Positions 12,958 to 28,328 of a stretch of DNA of 64,000 nucleotides are shown one piece after another; the first letter of the stretch is position 1, and each line of letters starts with the position of its first letter. The notes below the pieces were generated by a model. The model did no database searches. It had not been told where the DNA came from and worked only from the letters and a program-made list of their open reading frames with translations. Position numbers and translations under genes: made by a program. The stretch is from Octopus sinensis (taxonomy: Eukaryota), in contig NC_043015.1 of the NCBI RefSeq assembly GCF_006345805.1, positions 32,674,001 to 32,738,000 of the forward strand, given 5' to 3'.

Positions 12958-12992
12958 GTTTCCGACGAAGAGCTCCGCTCGAAACGTTAAAC
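12958..12992 (+). ncRNA. Minimal type-I hammerhead-like motif (U4C core variant) in a Penelope-like fragment (~12890-13092)
   Basis: GTTT-CCGACGA-A-GAGC(tcc)GCTC-GAA-ACGT-T-AAAC: stem I GTTT/AAAC, stem II GAGC/GCTC, palindromic helix III ACGT. Confidence 0.5.
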
Positions 12993-13088
12993 CCTCCTTC
13001 TTTCCTTCTTTCCTGAGCGTCCAATAATACTATATTTGTTCCACGTCCTCGCATTGTTGTGTTTTTTTTTGTGCTTTCATGTTTGGAT

Positions 13089-13188
<100 letters not shown>

Positions 13189-14013
13189 ATTAATAAGGGT
13201 AGAAATTGATATTGATCAATTAAAACCAGTGGCCTAGCATATTTTAAAAAATCCGAAGATTTAAAAATTGTTTTACATGCAAAATTTAGAGGATTGACCA
13301 CTAAAAGTATTTTCACTTCAAATAGGGTTTTGCATCCTAGCGTAAAGCCTTTATATTTCGCTCTTCAAAAATGTCAAAATTTTAGGCTTCATCTTTTTTA
13401 TCACGATCTAACACCCATTCCATGGATTGAACTATTTATATTAGTTTTTGTCACTGATGCAAAATATCACGTTTCTGCATAGTCTACTGTTTTATTAAAA
13501 AAGAAATAATGTGATCGAGTGCCTAGTGATAACTAGATAGTTTGGAACTATAAATCGGTTGTTTCCGGGTGATATCCATGCACGAACCTCATGTAGTAAA
13601 TTTTGTCAATCTTTGGTGCTGCCAACGAATCTAAAATTGTTTGTAGTGAGATTGGTAAACTAAATATTTACTGAAATTGAAGCTTTAGTCGCAATTTCAA
13701 ATCTGTATTTATTTTCCATAAGTACGAACTTTCCACCAAATCAATAAGTTGATGCGAGTCCAAGCTGTTTCTGAGCACTAATATGTAATTTCAACATTTA
13801 TCTTCGGATCGTTAACACATAAATTATAATTAGTGGATAATTTTGGCGCTCGTAAACTATAAGCATATGATCGTTGTATATTTCAGAAATTATAGTGGGT
13901 TTTATGTCAAGTTAGACAGAAATACAAAAAGTAACTGTCACATTAGGATACTGTTTAAAAATCATAAAATACCATATATGTCCAAACATTATAAGCTGTC
14001 AAATACGGCTGTT

Positions 14014-14468
14014 GTGTCTTTGGCATCGTGTCAGATATTTTAAGAGGTTTTTGACGAAGTTTAGATGTCTTTATGAGAAGTTTAATCTTGGATGTTTCAA
14101 AACGCTTTTCGCAGAGCATTTAAAGTGGACTTAGTAGAGAATAATGTGGTGGCCCTTGGTCTAGAAATAAAGTTTTTTTTTACTAGAAACCGCTTTGCAA
14201 ATATACACATATCTAGGAATAAAGAAATATCGATCGGACATCGTGTCTTTGGCATCGTGTCAGATATTTTAAGAGGTTTTTGACGAAGTTTAGATGTCTT
14301 TATGAGAAGTTTAATCTTGGATGTTTCAAAATGCTTTTCACAGAGCATTTAAAGAGGACTTAGTAGAGAATAATGTGATGACCCTTGGTTTAGAAATAAA
14401 GGTTTTTACTAGAAACCGCTTTGCTAATATACACGTATCTAAGAATAAGGAAATATCGATCGGACATC
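14014..14468. repeat. Direct tandem duplication, ~229-bp unit x2
   Basis: Units start gtgtctttggcatcgtgtcag at 14014 and 14243; first ~89 bp identical, about 10 substitutions and one indel thereafter. Confidence 0.92.
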
Positions 14469-14570
14469 AAACTAATTGAAACAGTACAAATGTAATTATT
14501 GAAAATGATTTCAGCTCGGTAATGAAGTTAATAGTGTGAAGAATTACGTTATCGATATTTGGAGAGTACA

Positions 14571-14810
14571 AAGGCGGCGAACTGGCAGAAACGTTAGAAC
14601 GTCGGGCGAAATGCCTAGCAGTATTTCGTCTGCCGCTACGTTCTGAGATCAAATTCCGCCGAGGTCGACTTTGCCTTTCATCCTTTCGGGGTCGTTTAAA
14701 TAAGTACCAGTTACGCACTGGGGCCGATATAATCGACTTAATCCTTTTGTCTGTCCTTGTTTGACCCCTCTGTGTTTAACCCCTTGTGGGTAGTAAAGAA
14801 ATAGGTATTT
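14571..14810 (+). mobile_element. Monomeric SINE copy of the 9747 family with a target-site duplication
   Basis: Same head plus one unit; flanks atttggagagtacaa (left) and atttagagagtacaa (right) form a ~15-bp TSD. Confidence 0.88.
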
Positions 14811-16439
14811 AGAGAGTACAATTGTTAAAACATGATTAGAGAAAATATTCAAACTTCTACCTGAGAAATTTTAGAGTTTTTACTCAGGTGTTTTAGAGAA
14901 AACTTCATAAACCAGTTTTATGAGAAGATTTTACGAGTCCATTGTAAGGTCTTTTTCGTTCTAGGATGCTTTAGATATTTCACTGAAGCATTTTCAGTGA
15001 TGACCGGGATGTTTCAGAGCCGTTTCTACACTGTGGTACAAAATAGTTTACAAAGAGTTTTCAATATTTTAATACAATTTTTTTACAAACAATTTTACAA
15101 GGGCACTTTAATGTTTTCTGAAGATCTTTAAGAGAAATCGTTTTCGCTGCAAATCGTCCGTCTGTCTGTCTGTTTGTCTGTCTGTCTGTTTGTCTGTCTG
15201 TATGTTTTCTATCTCACTTTCTCTTTCTTACTCCCTTTCTGTCTATCTGTCTGTCTGTCTCTCTTTCATTCTCTCTCTCCCTCTATCACACTCTGTTTGT
15301 CTGTTAGTCTGTTCGTCTGTCTGCCTGTCTCTCTTTCTCTTTCTCCCTGTCCGTCCGTCCGTCTGTCTCTCTCTCTTTCTCCTTCTGTCTTTCTGTCTGT
15401 GTGTCTATCTGTCTCTCTTCATGTTTCTTTCTCTCTCTCTCTCTCTTTCCGTCTCTCTCTGTTGGACTTGTACCTAAGGCTTCAGCCTTCTTACTAGTCT
15501 CACACTGATTCGACCTCAGAATTTCATTAAGAGTACACATTCCTGTAGAGTACCCAACCACTTACACTTAGATTTCTCGGGTTGATATTAGTTGTTCGAA
15601 GCACTGGAGATTCACCAACGGAGATTATATCCAGCGTATCAAACGCCAAAATCGAGATGCATATTTTATATGGTAGCGTATTATACGCGATTTTTTACGG
15701 TATTTAAATGTCGAAAAAGCTTTATATACATATTTTTTTAATCCATCCAGCATTCATATCTATTTCTGCTACTCCTTTGCTATTTTGAAATGAAAGAAAT
15801 ATCACAATTCAGAAAGAGGTGACCATGACCTCCCATAGATAACAATTTAACAGTATATCAAACGTTACATATTGTTCTCATTGTTGTTGCCGTGGTTTTG
15901 ATGTAGCTGTTAACTAGTTTTGTTGTTGCTGTTGTTGTTGCTGCTGCAGTTGTTGTTGTTATGACATACCCACTCTCCTAAAACGTTGCCGATATACAAA
16001 ATACAAAATGGACACCAAAAAAAAAACAGATCTGTGGATTTATAAAACACACATCTATAAGATTATGGAAGGAATTAAATGCCGATGTTTCCCTATAGTG
16101 TTGTTATTCTTGATATATTCTAGTTTATTTTTTCTATGTTTACCGTATTTTATTTTATTTGTTTTTTGTTTCGTTTCACCGTGTATTTGTTTGTGGTTTA
16201 AAAATACAAGTAATAAAAAACAAAATGGCTGCTACCACCTAATGACGGGGTGTGGACACGCCTACGGTGGCTGCGAACGTTTGTCGGCGCAAATAAAAAA
16301 AAAATAAATGTGCAAATAAATAAATAATAGATCGTTTGGAGAACGGGTGATATAGGAGAGGAGATGCGATCGTGGGACGACGATGGAAAATAAATAAAAA
16401 AAAATGAAAGACGGAGTCTGGTGACTGATGGGAATAATT

Positions 16440-16676
16440 CTGATGACGACGACGACGACGACGATGATGGTGATGATGACGGCGATGCTGATGATAGTGG
16501 TAGAGATGGTGGTGGTAATGATGATGATGATGAGGAGGAGGATGATGATGATGATGGTAATAATTATAATAAATACGATGACAAGAGTTGCGGCAGCAAC
16601 ATGAACGGGAACTAGAAAAAAACAACAACAACAAAAGCAACAACAATATTAATAAATAATAATAGTAATAATAATG

Positions 16677-16765
<89 letters not shown>

Positions 16766-16815
16766 AAGAAGAATTTCTTGCGAGCAAACTAATAATAATA
16801 ATAATAATAATAATA

Positions 16816-16850
<35 letters not shown>

Positions 16851-16925
16851 AATAATAATAATAATAATAATAATGATGATATAATAATAATAATAATAAT
16901 AATAATGATGATAATAATAATGATA

Positions 16926-16970
<45 letters not shown>

Positions 16971-17030
16971 TTGATGATGATGATGAGGATGATGATGATA
17001 ATGATAATAATAATAATAATAATAATAATG

Positions 17031-17079
<49 letters not shown>

Positions 17080-17234
17080 TAATAATAATAATAATAATGA
17101 TGATGATGATGATGATGATGATGATGTTGAATATGATGATGATGATGATGATAATAATAATGATAATGATGATGATGATGATGATGATAATGATAATAAT
17201 AATAATAATAATAATAATGATAATAATAATAATA

Positions 17235-17269
<35 letters not shown>

Positions 17270-17289
17270 AATAATAATAATAAAAATAA

Positions 17290-17330
<41 letters not shown>

Positions 17331-17360
17331 TAATAATATAATAATAATAATAATAATAAC
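16440..17360. repeat. Compound trinucleotide array (GAT/AAT/GAA/CAA)
   Basis: Visible runs; source of the poly-D/N/I/M/H ORFs. Confidence 0.92.
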
Positions 17361-17634
17361 AATGTAATATACATTCACATGCAGCTTGTCACTACAAATG
17401 TGATGACATAACGAACGCACGGTGATACATGGCAAGAAGAACATCAAGGACAAAAACAACGACAAAAGCAAAAACAAAAAAAAAACAATATGCATTCAGT
17501 CATAGAGGGCGATCCGTAGAGAAGACAATCGAATTTGCTGCGCACACGGCCACATCCTTTCCACAACGCATACAGACTCTGGGGCATACATACGCACACT
17601 TCGACGTACACACAGGCGAGCTGACACGCACGCA

Positions 17635-17860
17635 GATACATACATACATACATATATACATAGATACATACATACATACATACATACACACATACATACA
17701 TACATACATACGTAGGTACATACATACATGCATACATACATACATACATAGACGCACATACATACATACATACATACATACATACATACATACATACATA
17801 CATACATACATAGACACACACACACACACAGACATACACACATATACACGCACGCACACA
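17635..17860. repeat. (TACA)n microsatellite
   Basis: Visible run. Confidence 0.9.
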
Positions 17861-18751
17861 CACCGAGCACTCGGTTTTCCGTCTTTCACAGGCACGCCCA
17901 CCACTGCATAACCATACTAATATCATATCTTTGTCCTTTTCACAATCTCTCTCTCTCTCTCTCTCTCCTCTCTCTCCTTACCTCTTTCTACCTTTCTATT
18001 TATCTGCCTCTTTCTAGCAAAGGAGAGTCGAACATGTATCTCTGTGTATGTGTGTGTGTGTGTGAACACAACCCAACCACGACCAACACCAACACCAACA
18101 CCACCACAACGACCACAACCTCCAAACACAATACAAGCGTCTGTCTGTGTGTCGGCTAATCAGACAAGGAGCAGACAGACTGTAAGTTATTAATATTTGA
18201 TTGCTGCAATCGGTCGCTTGTCACCTCTTACCCGTCCCCTCTGCCACCTCAGAACACCACACACGTGGCACAGAGGCCATATTGATTGATATAAATGTAC
18301 CGCTGGCTTTTCACTTGACCTATCACAGAGTTTATGGATGGCATTACACCGTCTTCGGCTCCTCCTGTTATTTTTACTACACATAAATTTATTACGAACG
18401 ACTCACATGCAAGAAGAAGAAGAAGAAGAAGAAGAAGAGAACCAGAATAAATATGTAAATAACAAAAACAAACAAGGAAACAACATCAAGGCGTACACAT
18501 ACGCACTCACAGACATATGTTTACACGTATATACATACACGTATATACAACGCCAGAACTTATAAACATACTCGAAGACACATATATACACTCCAACTCA
18601 CGGGCACAAGTAAGAACCACAAAAACTAACACAAACACACACACTCACACACACACACATAAATAGTAACTCACAGACAGATAAAAAATGGACGTTTTCG
18701 CCTAATTTTCAGCCATATATTTATGCCGTAAACATGTGTATGTCAGTGTGC

Positions 18752-18821
<70 letters not shown>

Positions 18822-18999
18822 TTGTGTTTGTTTGTGCACGCTTGTCTGTATGTTTACGTGGCAATTCCCTGAAACATCATTACTCAAAGTTTTTCTTGTC
18901 TCTATTTCCAAATCTTGTTTGTCTGTCTGTCTGGCTGTTTATCTGTCAGTCTTGCTAGATTGATACATTTATAAATAACAAGCTATATACATCTATATC

Positions 19000-19150
19000 A
19001 GTTTCAAATTTTGGCACAGGTCCAGCAATTTCGAAATGGGAGAGGGGAGTAAATCGCCTACAACGATCCCAGTGCTTGACTGGTGCTTATTTTCTTGACT
19101 CCGACAGGATAAAAGGCAAAGTCGACATCGGCAGTATTTGAACTCAAAAG
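19000..19150 (-). mobile_element. Degenerate SINE copy (core family)
   Basis: ccagtgcttgactggtgcttatttt..ggataaaaggcaaagtcgac..tttgaactc. Confidence 0.65.
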
Positions 19151-19369
19151 GTAAAGGTAAAGAGCAGCCATAACTCACACCGCCAAGTAGTAGTAATTCA
19201 GAAATTAGGTGAAAATTTAAAAACATTTACCCTAATTCAACTTTTAGACGATGCATCGTTTCTGTGTTATTAATGATTAAATTAGCTTAATTAAATTAAA
19301 TTAAGCTAATCTACCATAGGTCACACTTCATCAGTAAAAAACCTGGGAGAGACAAATATACACGAGGCG

Positions 19370-19700
19370 TCTGTATCGATGCCTCCGGAATATCTGTCTT
19401 AAAATTTTCAAGACCTGTTAAGGGTCATTTTCCAGGTAAAAAATAGCGGCTTATACACCGGAAAATACGGTAATTGTAGTGGCAGTCACAAGTTCGCTCG
19501 CTGATTGGTAGTTGATAGTGTAGAAGTGGCTGTCTGCCAGCAGAGAGGGAAAGAGTAAGGAATGCACGAGAACAGAGTGGTGCCATTTAGTAGAGATGAC
19601 CCGGAAGTTGTTCCTCTTCGATTACTATCGCAAAAAGCAGTAGCTTTCTTCAACTGAATACACGTAGCTGGTTGGTTGAAATTATCCAAATACGACAACT
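19370..19700. promoter_or_regulatory. Candidate promoter island
   Basis: Unique, comparatively CpG-retaining island with CTGATTGG (inverted CCAAT, 19501-19508), GCCATTT (YY1-like core, 19582) and ACCCGGAAGT (ETS consensus, 19599-19608). Confidence 0.35.
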
Positions 19701-19921
19701 TTAACACGAAATAACTTCTAAAATACGAATTTTTGTCACAAATGTTCAAAGTAAATCATGATCTGCGTGAGAAATTACACAAGTATACAAAGTATCAAAC
19801 TGTTTAGTTTTAAAGATCAATTAAAAAATCTGTGAGCCAAACTGAAGAAATCTACTCACACACGCGCACACACACACATGGACACACACACACACATAGA
19901 CACACACACACACACTCGCAC

Positions 19922-19952
<31 letters not shown>

Positions 19953-20249
19953 ATATATATATATATATATATAACACAAACACACATACACACAATATAA
20001 AAAACAAGACAGAGTAAGAGATATTGAACTTTGTACTCATGTTTCATATATTTTCATCTCTTCTAGTTTTTTCCCTTCCACCTTTCGTCCATAATTTATT
20101 TTTCATTGCCCAGTTTCTGCACTTTTAATTCTTCCATCTCTCCCCACCCCCGCCCCACTACCAATAATTTGGATTTCTATCATGAATACAATCGTTATTG
20201 TCCTCTACCGTCCACGTATTCAGCATTATGATCACGAACATGACCAAGT

Positions 20250-20481
20250 TTACCGTCGTCACCATCATCGTCGTCGTCATCATCATCATCATCATCATCA
20301 CCATCATCACCATCATCATCATCATCACATCATCACAATCATCATCATCATCATCAATCATCACCATCACCATCATCATCATCATCATCACCACCACCAC
20401 CACCACCACCACCCACCATCAATCATCATCATCTCACCACCATCTTCATCATCATATCATCATCATCATCATCACCATCAC

Positions 20482-20521
<40 letters not shown>

Positions 20522-20747
20522 TCATCATAAACATCTTCATCATCATCATCACATCATCAGCATAATCATCATCATCTCATCATCACCACATCTTCATCCT
20601 CATCATCATCATCATCATCATCACATCATCATACAGCTCATCATCATCATCATCATCATCATCACCACCATCTCATCATCACATCAGCATCATCATCATC
20701 ACCCACCATCGTCTTCATCATCATCATCTCATCATCACACCACCATC

Positions 20748-20785
<38 letters not shown>

Positions 20786-20792
20786 AAACATC

Positions 20793-20830
<38 letters not shown>

Positions 20831-20837
20831 AAACATC

Positions 20838-20871
<34 letters not shown>

Positions 20872-20886
20872 ATCATCATAAACATC

Positions 20887-20924
<38 letters not shown>

Positions 20925-21218
20925 AAACATCTTCATCATCATCATCTCATCATCATCATCATCATCATAACATCTTCTCATCATCATCATCATCATCATC
21001 ATAAACATCTTCATCATCATCATCATCATCATCATCATAACTCTTCATCATCATCATCATCATCATCACTCATCATCATCATAAACATCTTCATCATCAT
21101 CATCATCATCATCATCAAAAACTCTTCAATCATCATCATCATCATCAATCATCATCATCATCATCATCATCATCATAACATCTTCATCATCATCATCATC
21201 ATCATCATCATAAACATC

Positions 21219-21268
<50 letters not shown>

Positions 21269-21311
21269 AAACATCTTCATCATCATCATCATCATCATCA
21301 TCATAAACATC

Positions 21312-21349
<38 letters not shown>

Positions 21350-21356
21350 AAACATC

Positions 21357-21400
<44 letters not shown>

Positions 21401-22119
21401 AAACATCTTCATCACACCATCATCATCATCATCACCACCATCACCACCATCATCACGATCATCATCATCATCATCATCATCATCATAAACATCTTCATCA
21501 TCATCATCATCATCATCATCATAAACATCTTCATCATCATCATCATCATCATCATCATTATCATCATCATCATAAACATCTTCATCATCACCATCATCAT
21601 CATCATCATCATCACCACCATCATCACGATCATCATCATCATCATCATCATAAACATCATCATCACCACCACCATCATCATCACCACCACCATCATCATC
21701 ATCACCACCACCACCACCATCATCATCATCATCTTTATTATAATCATCATCACCACCACAACCATCATCATCATCATCACCACCATCATCATCACCACCA
21801 TCATCATCATCATCACCACCATCATCATCACCATCACCATCATCATCACCACCACCATCATCATCATCATAATCATCATCATCACCACCACCATCATCAT
21901 CATCACCACCATCATCATCACCATCACCATCATCATCATCCACCATCATCATCATCATCATCATCAATCCACCACCATCATCCTCATCATCATCATCATC
22001 ATCACACCACCACCATCATCATCATCCACCACCATCATCCTCATCATCATCATCATCATCACCCACCTCACCATCATCATCATCATCATCATCATCATCA
22101 CCACCATCCTCATCATCAT

Positions 22120-22151
<32 letters not shown>

Positions 22152-22870
22152 TCATCATCACCACCATCATCCTCATCATCATCATCACCATCACCATCAT
22201 CATCATCATCATCATCATCATCACCACCATCATCCTCATCATCATCATCATCATCACTACCACCACCATCATTATCATCATCATCATCATCATCACCACC
22301 ATCATCCTCATCATCATCATCATCATCACCACCATCATCCTCATCATCATCATCATCATCACCACCACCACCATCATTATCATCATCATCATCATCATCA
22401 CCACCATCATCCTCATCATCATCATCATCATCACCACCATCACCATCATCATCATCATCATCATCATCATCACCACCATCATCCTCATCACCATCACCAC
22501 CACCACCATCATCATCATCATCACATCATCATCATCACACACCATCATCCTCATCATCATCATCACCATCACCATCATCATCATCATCATCATCATCATC
22601 ACCACCATCATCCTCATCATCATCATCATCACTAACCACCACCATCATAATCATCACACATCATCATCACACCACACATCCTCATCATCATCATCATCAT
22701 CACCACCATCATCCTCATCATCATCATCATCATCACCACACCACCATCATTATCATCATCATCAAATATCATCACCACCATCATCCTCATCATCATCATC
22801 ATCACCACCATCATCATCATCATCATCATAAACTCTTCATCACCTCATCATCATCATCATCATAAACATC

Positions 22871-22911
<41 letters not shown>

Positions 22912-22918
22912 AAACATC

Positions 22919-22965
<47 letters not shown>

Positions 22966-23127
22966 AAACATCTTCATCACACCATCATCATCATCATCAT
23001 CACCACCATCATCATCATCATCATCATCATCACCACCACATCTCATCACCACCATCATCATCATCATCAATCATCACCACCACCAACCATCATTATCATC
23101 ATCATCATATCATCACCACCATCATCC

Positions 23128-23169
<42 letters not shown>

Positions 23170-23523
23170 ACATCTTCATCATCATCCTCATCATCATCAT
23201 CAGCATCATCATCATCATAACCATCTTCATCATCATCATTATCATCATCATCATAAACATCTTCACATCATCATCATCATCATCAATCATCATCATCATC
23301 ATAACCATCTTCATCACATCATCAATCAAATCTCATCATCACCACCTCATCTCATCATCATCATCATCCCCCTCATCATCATCCATCATCCTCAATCATC
23401 ACCATCATCATCACCACCATCATCCTCATCAAACCACCATCATCATCATCATCATCATAAACATCTTCATCCATATCATCATCATCATCATCATCATAAA
23501 CATCTTCATCATCATCATCATCA

Positions 23524-23554
<31 letters not shown>

Positions 23555-23797
23555 TAAACATCTTCATCACACCATCATCATCATCATCATCACCACCATC
23601 ATCCTCATCATCATCATCATCATCACCACCATCATCCTCATCATCATCATCATCATCACCACCATCATCCTCATCATCATCATCATCATCACCACCATCA
23701 TCCTCATCATCATCATCATCATCACCTCCACCACCATCATCATCATCATCATCATCATCATCACCACCATCATCCTCATCATCATCATCACCATCAC

Positions 23798-23829
<32 letters not shown>

Positions 23830-24045
23830 CCACCATCATCCTCATCATCATCATCATCATCACCACCATCATCCTCATCATCATCATCATCATCACCTCC
23901 ACCACCATCATCATCATCATCATCATCATCATCACCACCATCATCCTCATCATCATCATCACCACCACCACCATCATTATCATCATCATCATCATCATCA
24001 CCACCATCATCCTCATCATCATCATCATCATCACCACCATCATCC

Positions 24046-24078
<33 letters not shown>

Positions 24079-24280
24079 CCACCATCATCCTCATCATCAT
24101 CATCACCTCCACCACCATCATCATCATCATCATCATCATCATCACCACCATCATCCTCATCATCATCATCACCACCACCACCATCATTATCATCATCATC
24201 ATCATCATCACCACCATCATCCTCATCATCATCATCATCATCACCACCATCATCCTCATCATCATCATCATCATCACCAC

Positions 24281-24313
<33 letters not shown>

Positions 24314-24335
24314 CATCATCACCACCATCATCCTC

Positions 24336-24366
<31 letters not shown>

Positions 24367-24403
24367 CCACCATCATCCTCAACATCATCATCATCATCAC
24401 CAC

Positions 24404-24436
<33 letters not shown>

Positions 24437-24457
24437 CATCACACCACCATCATCCTC

Positions 24458-24488
<31 letters not shown>

Positions 24489-24797
24489 CCACCATCATCC
24501 TCATCATCATCATCACCATCATTCATCATCATCATCATCATCATCTCATCATCACCACCATCATCCTCATCATCATCATCACCATCACCATCATCATCAT
24601 CATCATCATATCATCATCATCACCACCATCATCCTCATCATCATCATCATCATCACCACCACACCATCATTATCATCATCATCATCATCATCACCACCAT
24701 CATCCTCATCATCATCATCATCATCACAACCACATCATCCTCACATCATCATCATCATCACCACCATCATCCTCAACATCATCATCATCATCACCAC

Positions 24798-24830
<33 letters not shown>

Positions 24831-24852
24831 CATCATCACCACCATCATCCTC

Positions 24853-24883
<31 letters not shown>

Positions 24884-24897
24884 CCACCATCATCCTC

Positions 24898-24952
<55 letters not shown>

Positions 24953-25001
24953 CCACCATCATCCTCATCATCATCACCCCCCTCCCCCATCACATCACCA
25001 C

Positions 25002-25039
<38 letters not shown>

Positions 25040-25142
25040 CACCACCATCATCCTCATCATCATCATCACCATCACCATCATCAATCATCATCATCATCAT
25101 CATCATCACCACATATCCTCTCATCATCATCATCACCATCAC

Positions 25143-25180
<38 letters not shown>

Positions 25181-26643
25181 CCACCACCACCATCATTATC
25201 ATCATCATCATCATCATCACCACCATCATCCATCCTCATCATCATCATCATCATCACACCATCATCCTCATCATCATCATCATCATCACCACCATCATCC
25301 TCATCATCCATCATCACCATCACCATCATCATCATCATCATCATCATCATCACCACCACCACCCATCATTATCACATCATCATCATCACCACCATCATCC
25401 TCATCATCATCCATCACCACCACCACCATCATCCTCATCATCATCATCATCATCACCCACCATCATCCTCATCATCATCATCATCATCACCACCATCATC
25501 CCATCATCATCATCATCATCACCACCATCATCCTCATCATCATCATCATCATCCCACCATCATCCTCATCATCATCATCACCACCACCACCATCATTATC
25601 ATCATCATCATCACCACCACCACCATCATCCTCATCATCATCATCATCATCACCACCATCATCCTCATCATCATCATCACCACCACCACCATCATTATCA
25701 TCATCATCATCACCACCACCACCATCATCCTCATCATCATCATCATCACCACCACCACCATCATTATCATATCCTCATCATCATCATCATCATCAATACC
25801 ACCACCATCATTATCATCATCACATCATCATCACCCCATCATCCTCATCATCATCATCATCATCACCACCATCATCATCATCATCATCATCATCACCACC
25901 ACCACCATCATTATCATCATCATCATCACCACCATCATCCTCATCATCATCATCACCACCACCACCATCATCCTCATCATCATCATCATCATCACCACCA
26001 TCATCCTCATCATCATCATCATCATCACCACCATCATCCTCATCATCATCATCATCATCACCACCATCATCCTCATCATCATCATCATCATCACCACCAT
26101 CATCCTCATCATCATCATCACCACCACCTCCATCATTATCATCATCATCATCACCACCACCACCATCATCCTCATCATCATCATCATCATCACCACCATC
26201 ATCCTCATCATCATCATCACCACCACCACCATCATTATCATCATCATCATCACCACCACCACCATCATCCTCATCATCATCATCATCACCACCACCACCA
26301 TCATTATCATCATCCTCATCATCATCATCATCATCACTACCACCACCATCATTATCATCATCATCATCATCATCACCACCATCATCCTCATCATCATCAT
26401 CATCATCACCACCATCATCATCATCATCATCATCATCATCACCACCATCATCCTCATCATCATCATCATCATCACCACCACCACCATCATTATCATCATC
26501 ATCATCATCATCACCACCATCATCCTCATCATCATCATCATCATCACCACCATCATCCTCATCATCATCATCATCATCACCACCATCATCCTCATCATCA
26601 TCATCATCACCATCACCATCATCATCATCATCATCATCATCAT

Positions 26644-26675
<32 letters not shown>

Positions 26676-26855
26676 TCACCACCATCATCCTCATCATCAT
26701 CATCACCACCACCCACCATCATCCTCTCTCATCATCATCACATCATCACCCACCATCATCCTCATCATCATCATCATCATCACCACCATCATCCTCATCA
26801 TCATCATCATCATCACCACCATCATCCTCATCATCATCATCATCATCACCATCAC

Positions 26856-26887
<32 letters not shown>

Positions 26888-26923
26888 CCACCATCATCCC
26901 ATCATCATCATCATCACCATCAC

Positions 26924-26955
<32 letters not shown>

Positions 26956-27234
26956 CCACCATCATCCTCATCATCATCATCATCATCACCACCATCATCC
27001 TCATCATCATCATCATCATCACCACCATCATCCTCATCATCATCTCATCATCAGCACACATCATCATCACACCATCATCATCATCATCATCATCATCACT
27101 CACCATCATCCTCATCATCATCATCATCATCACCACCATCATCCTCATCTCATCACATCATCCACCACACCATCATCCTCATCATCATCATCATCATCAC
27201 ACCTCATCCTCATCATCATCATCATCACCATCAC

Positions 27235-27266
<32 letters not shown>

Positions 27267-27303
27267 CCACCATCATCCTCATCATCATCATCATCACCAT
27301 CAC

Positions 27304-27335
<32 letters not shown>

Positions 27336-27504
27336 CCACCATCATCCTCATCATCATCATCATCATCACCACCATCATCCTCATCATCATCATCATCATC
27401 ACCACCATCATCCTCATCATCATCATCATCATCACCACCATCATCCTCATCATCATCATCATCATCACCACCATCATCCTCATCATCATCATCATCACCA
27501 TCAC

Positions 27505-27536
<32 letters not shown>

Positions 27537-27576
27537 CCACCATCATCCTCATCATCATCATCATCATCACCATCAC

Positions 27577-27608
<32 letters not shown>

Positions 27609-28296
27609 CCACACCATCTCCTCATCATCATCATCATCATCACCACCATCATCTCATCATATCATCATCATCACCACCATCATCCTCATCATCATCATCA
27701 TCATCCACCATCATCCTCATCATCATCTCATCACCATCATCATCACCATCATCTCATCATATCATCATCATCATCATCACCACCATCATCCTCATCATCA
27801 TCATCATCACCATCAACACCATCATCATCATCATCATCACTCATCATCATCACCACCATCATCCTCATCATCATCACATCATCATCACCACCCCATCCTC
27901 ATCATCATCATCATCATCACCACCATCATCCTCATCATCAATCATCATCACCATCACCATCATCATCATCATCATCATCATCATCACCACCATCATCCTC
28001 ATTCATCATCATCATCATCATCCACCACCACCATCATTATCATCATCATCATCATCATCACCACCATCATCCTCATCATCATCATCATCATCACCCCCAT
28101 CACCTCATCATCATCATCATCACACCACCATCATCCTCATCATCATCATCATCACCATCACCATCATCATCATCATCATCATCATCATCACCACCACCAC
28201 CATCATTATCATCATCATCATCACCACCATCATCCTCATCATCATCATCACCACCACCACCATCATCCTCATCATCATCATCATCATCACCATCAC

Positions 28297-28328
<32 letters not shown>

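Noticed and set aside
18249-18364. Minus-strand frame ending CVVF* (CaaX-like terminal exon)
   Set aside because: The acceptor lacks a pyrimidine tract, no homology is recognised, and several frames are open by chance.
18201-18386. Plus-strand ORF with a superficially GPCR-like WHYTVFGSSC motif
   Set aside because: Only 61 aa, with no transmembrane helices or splice support.
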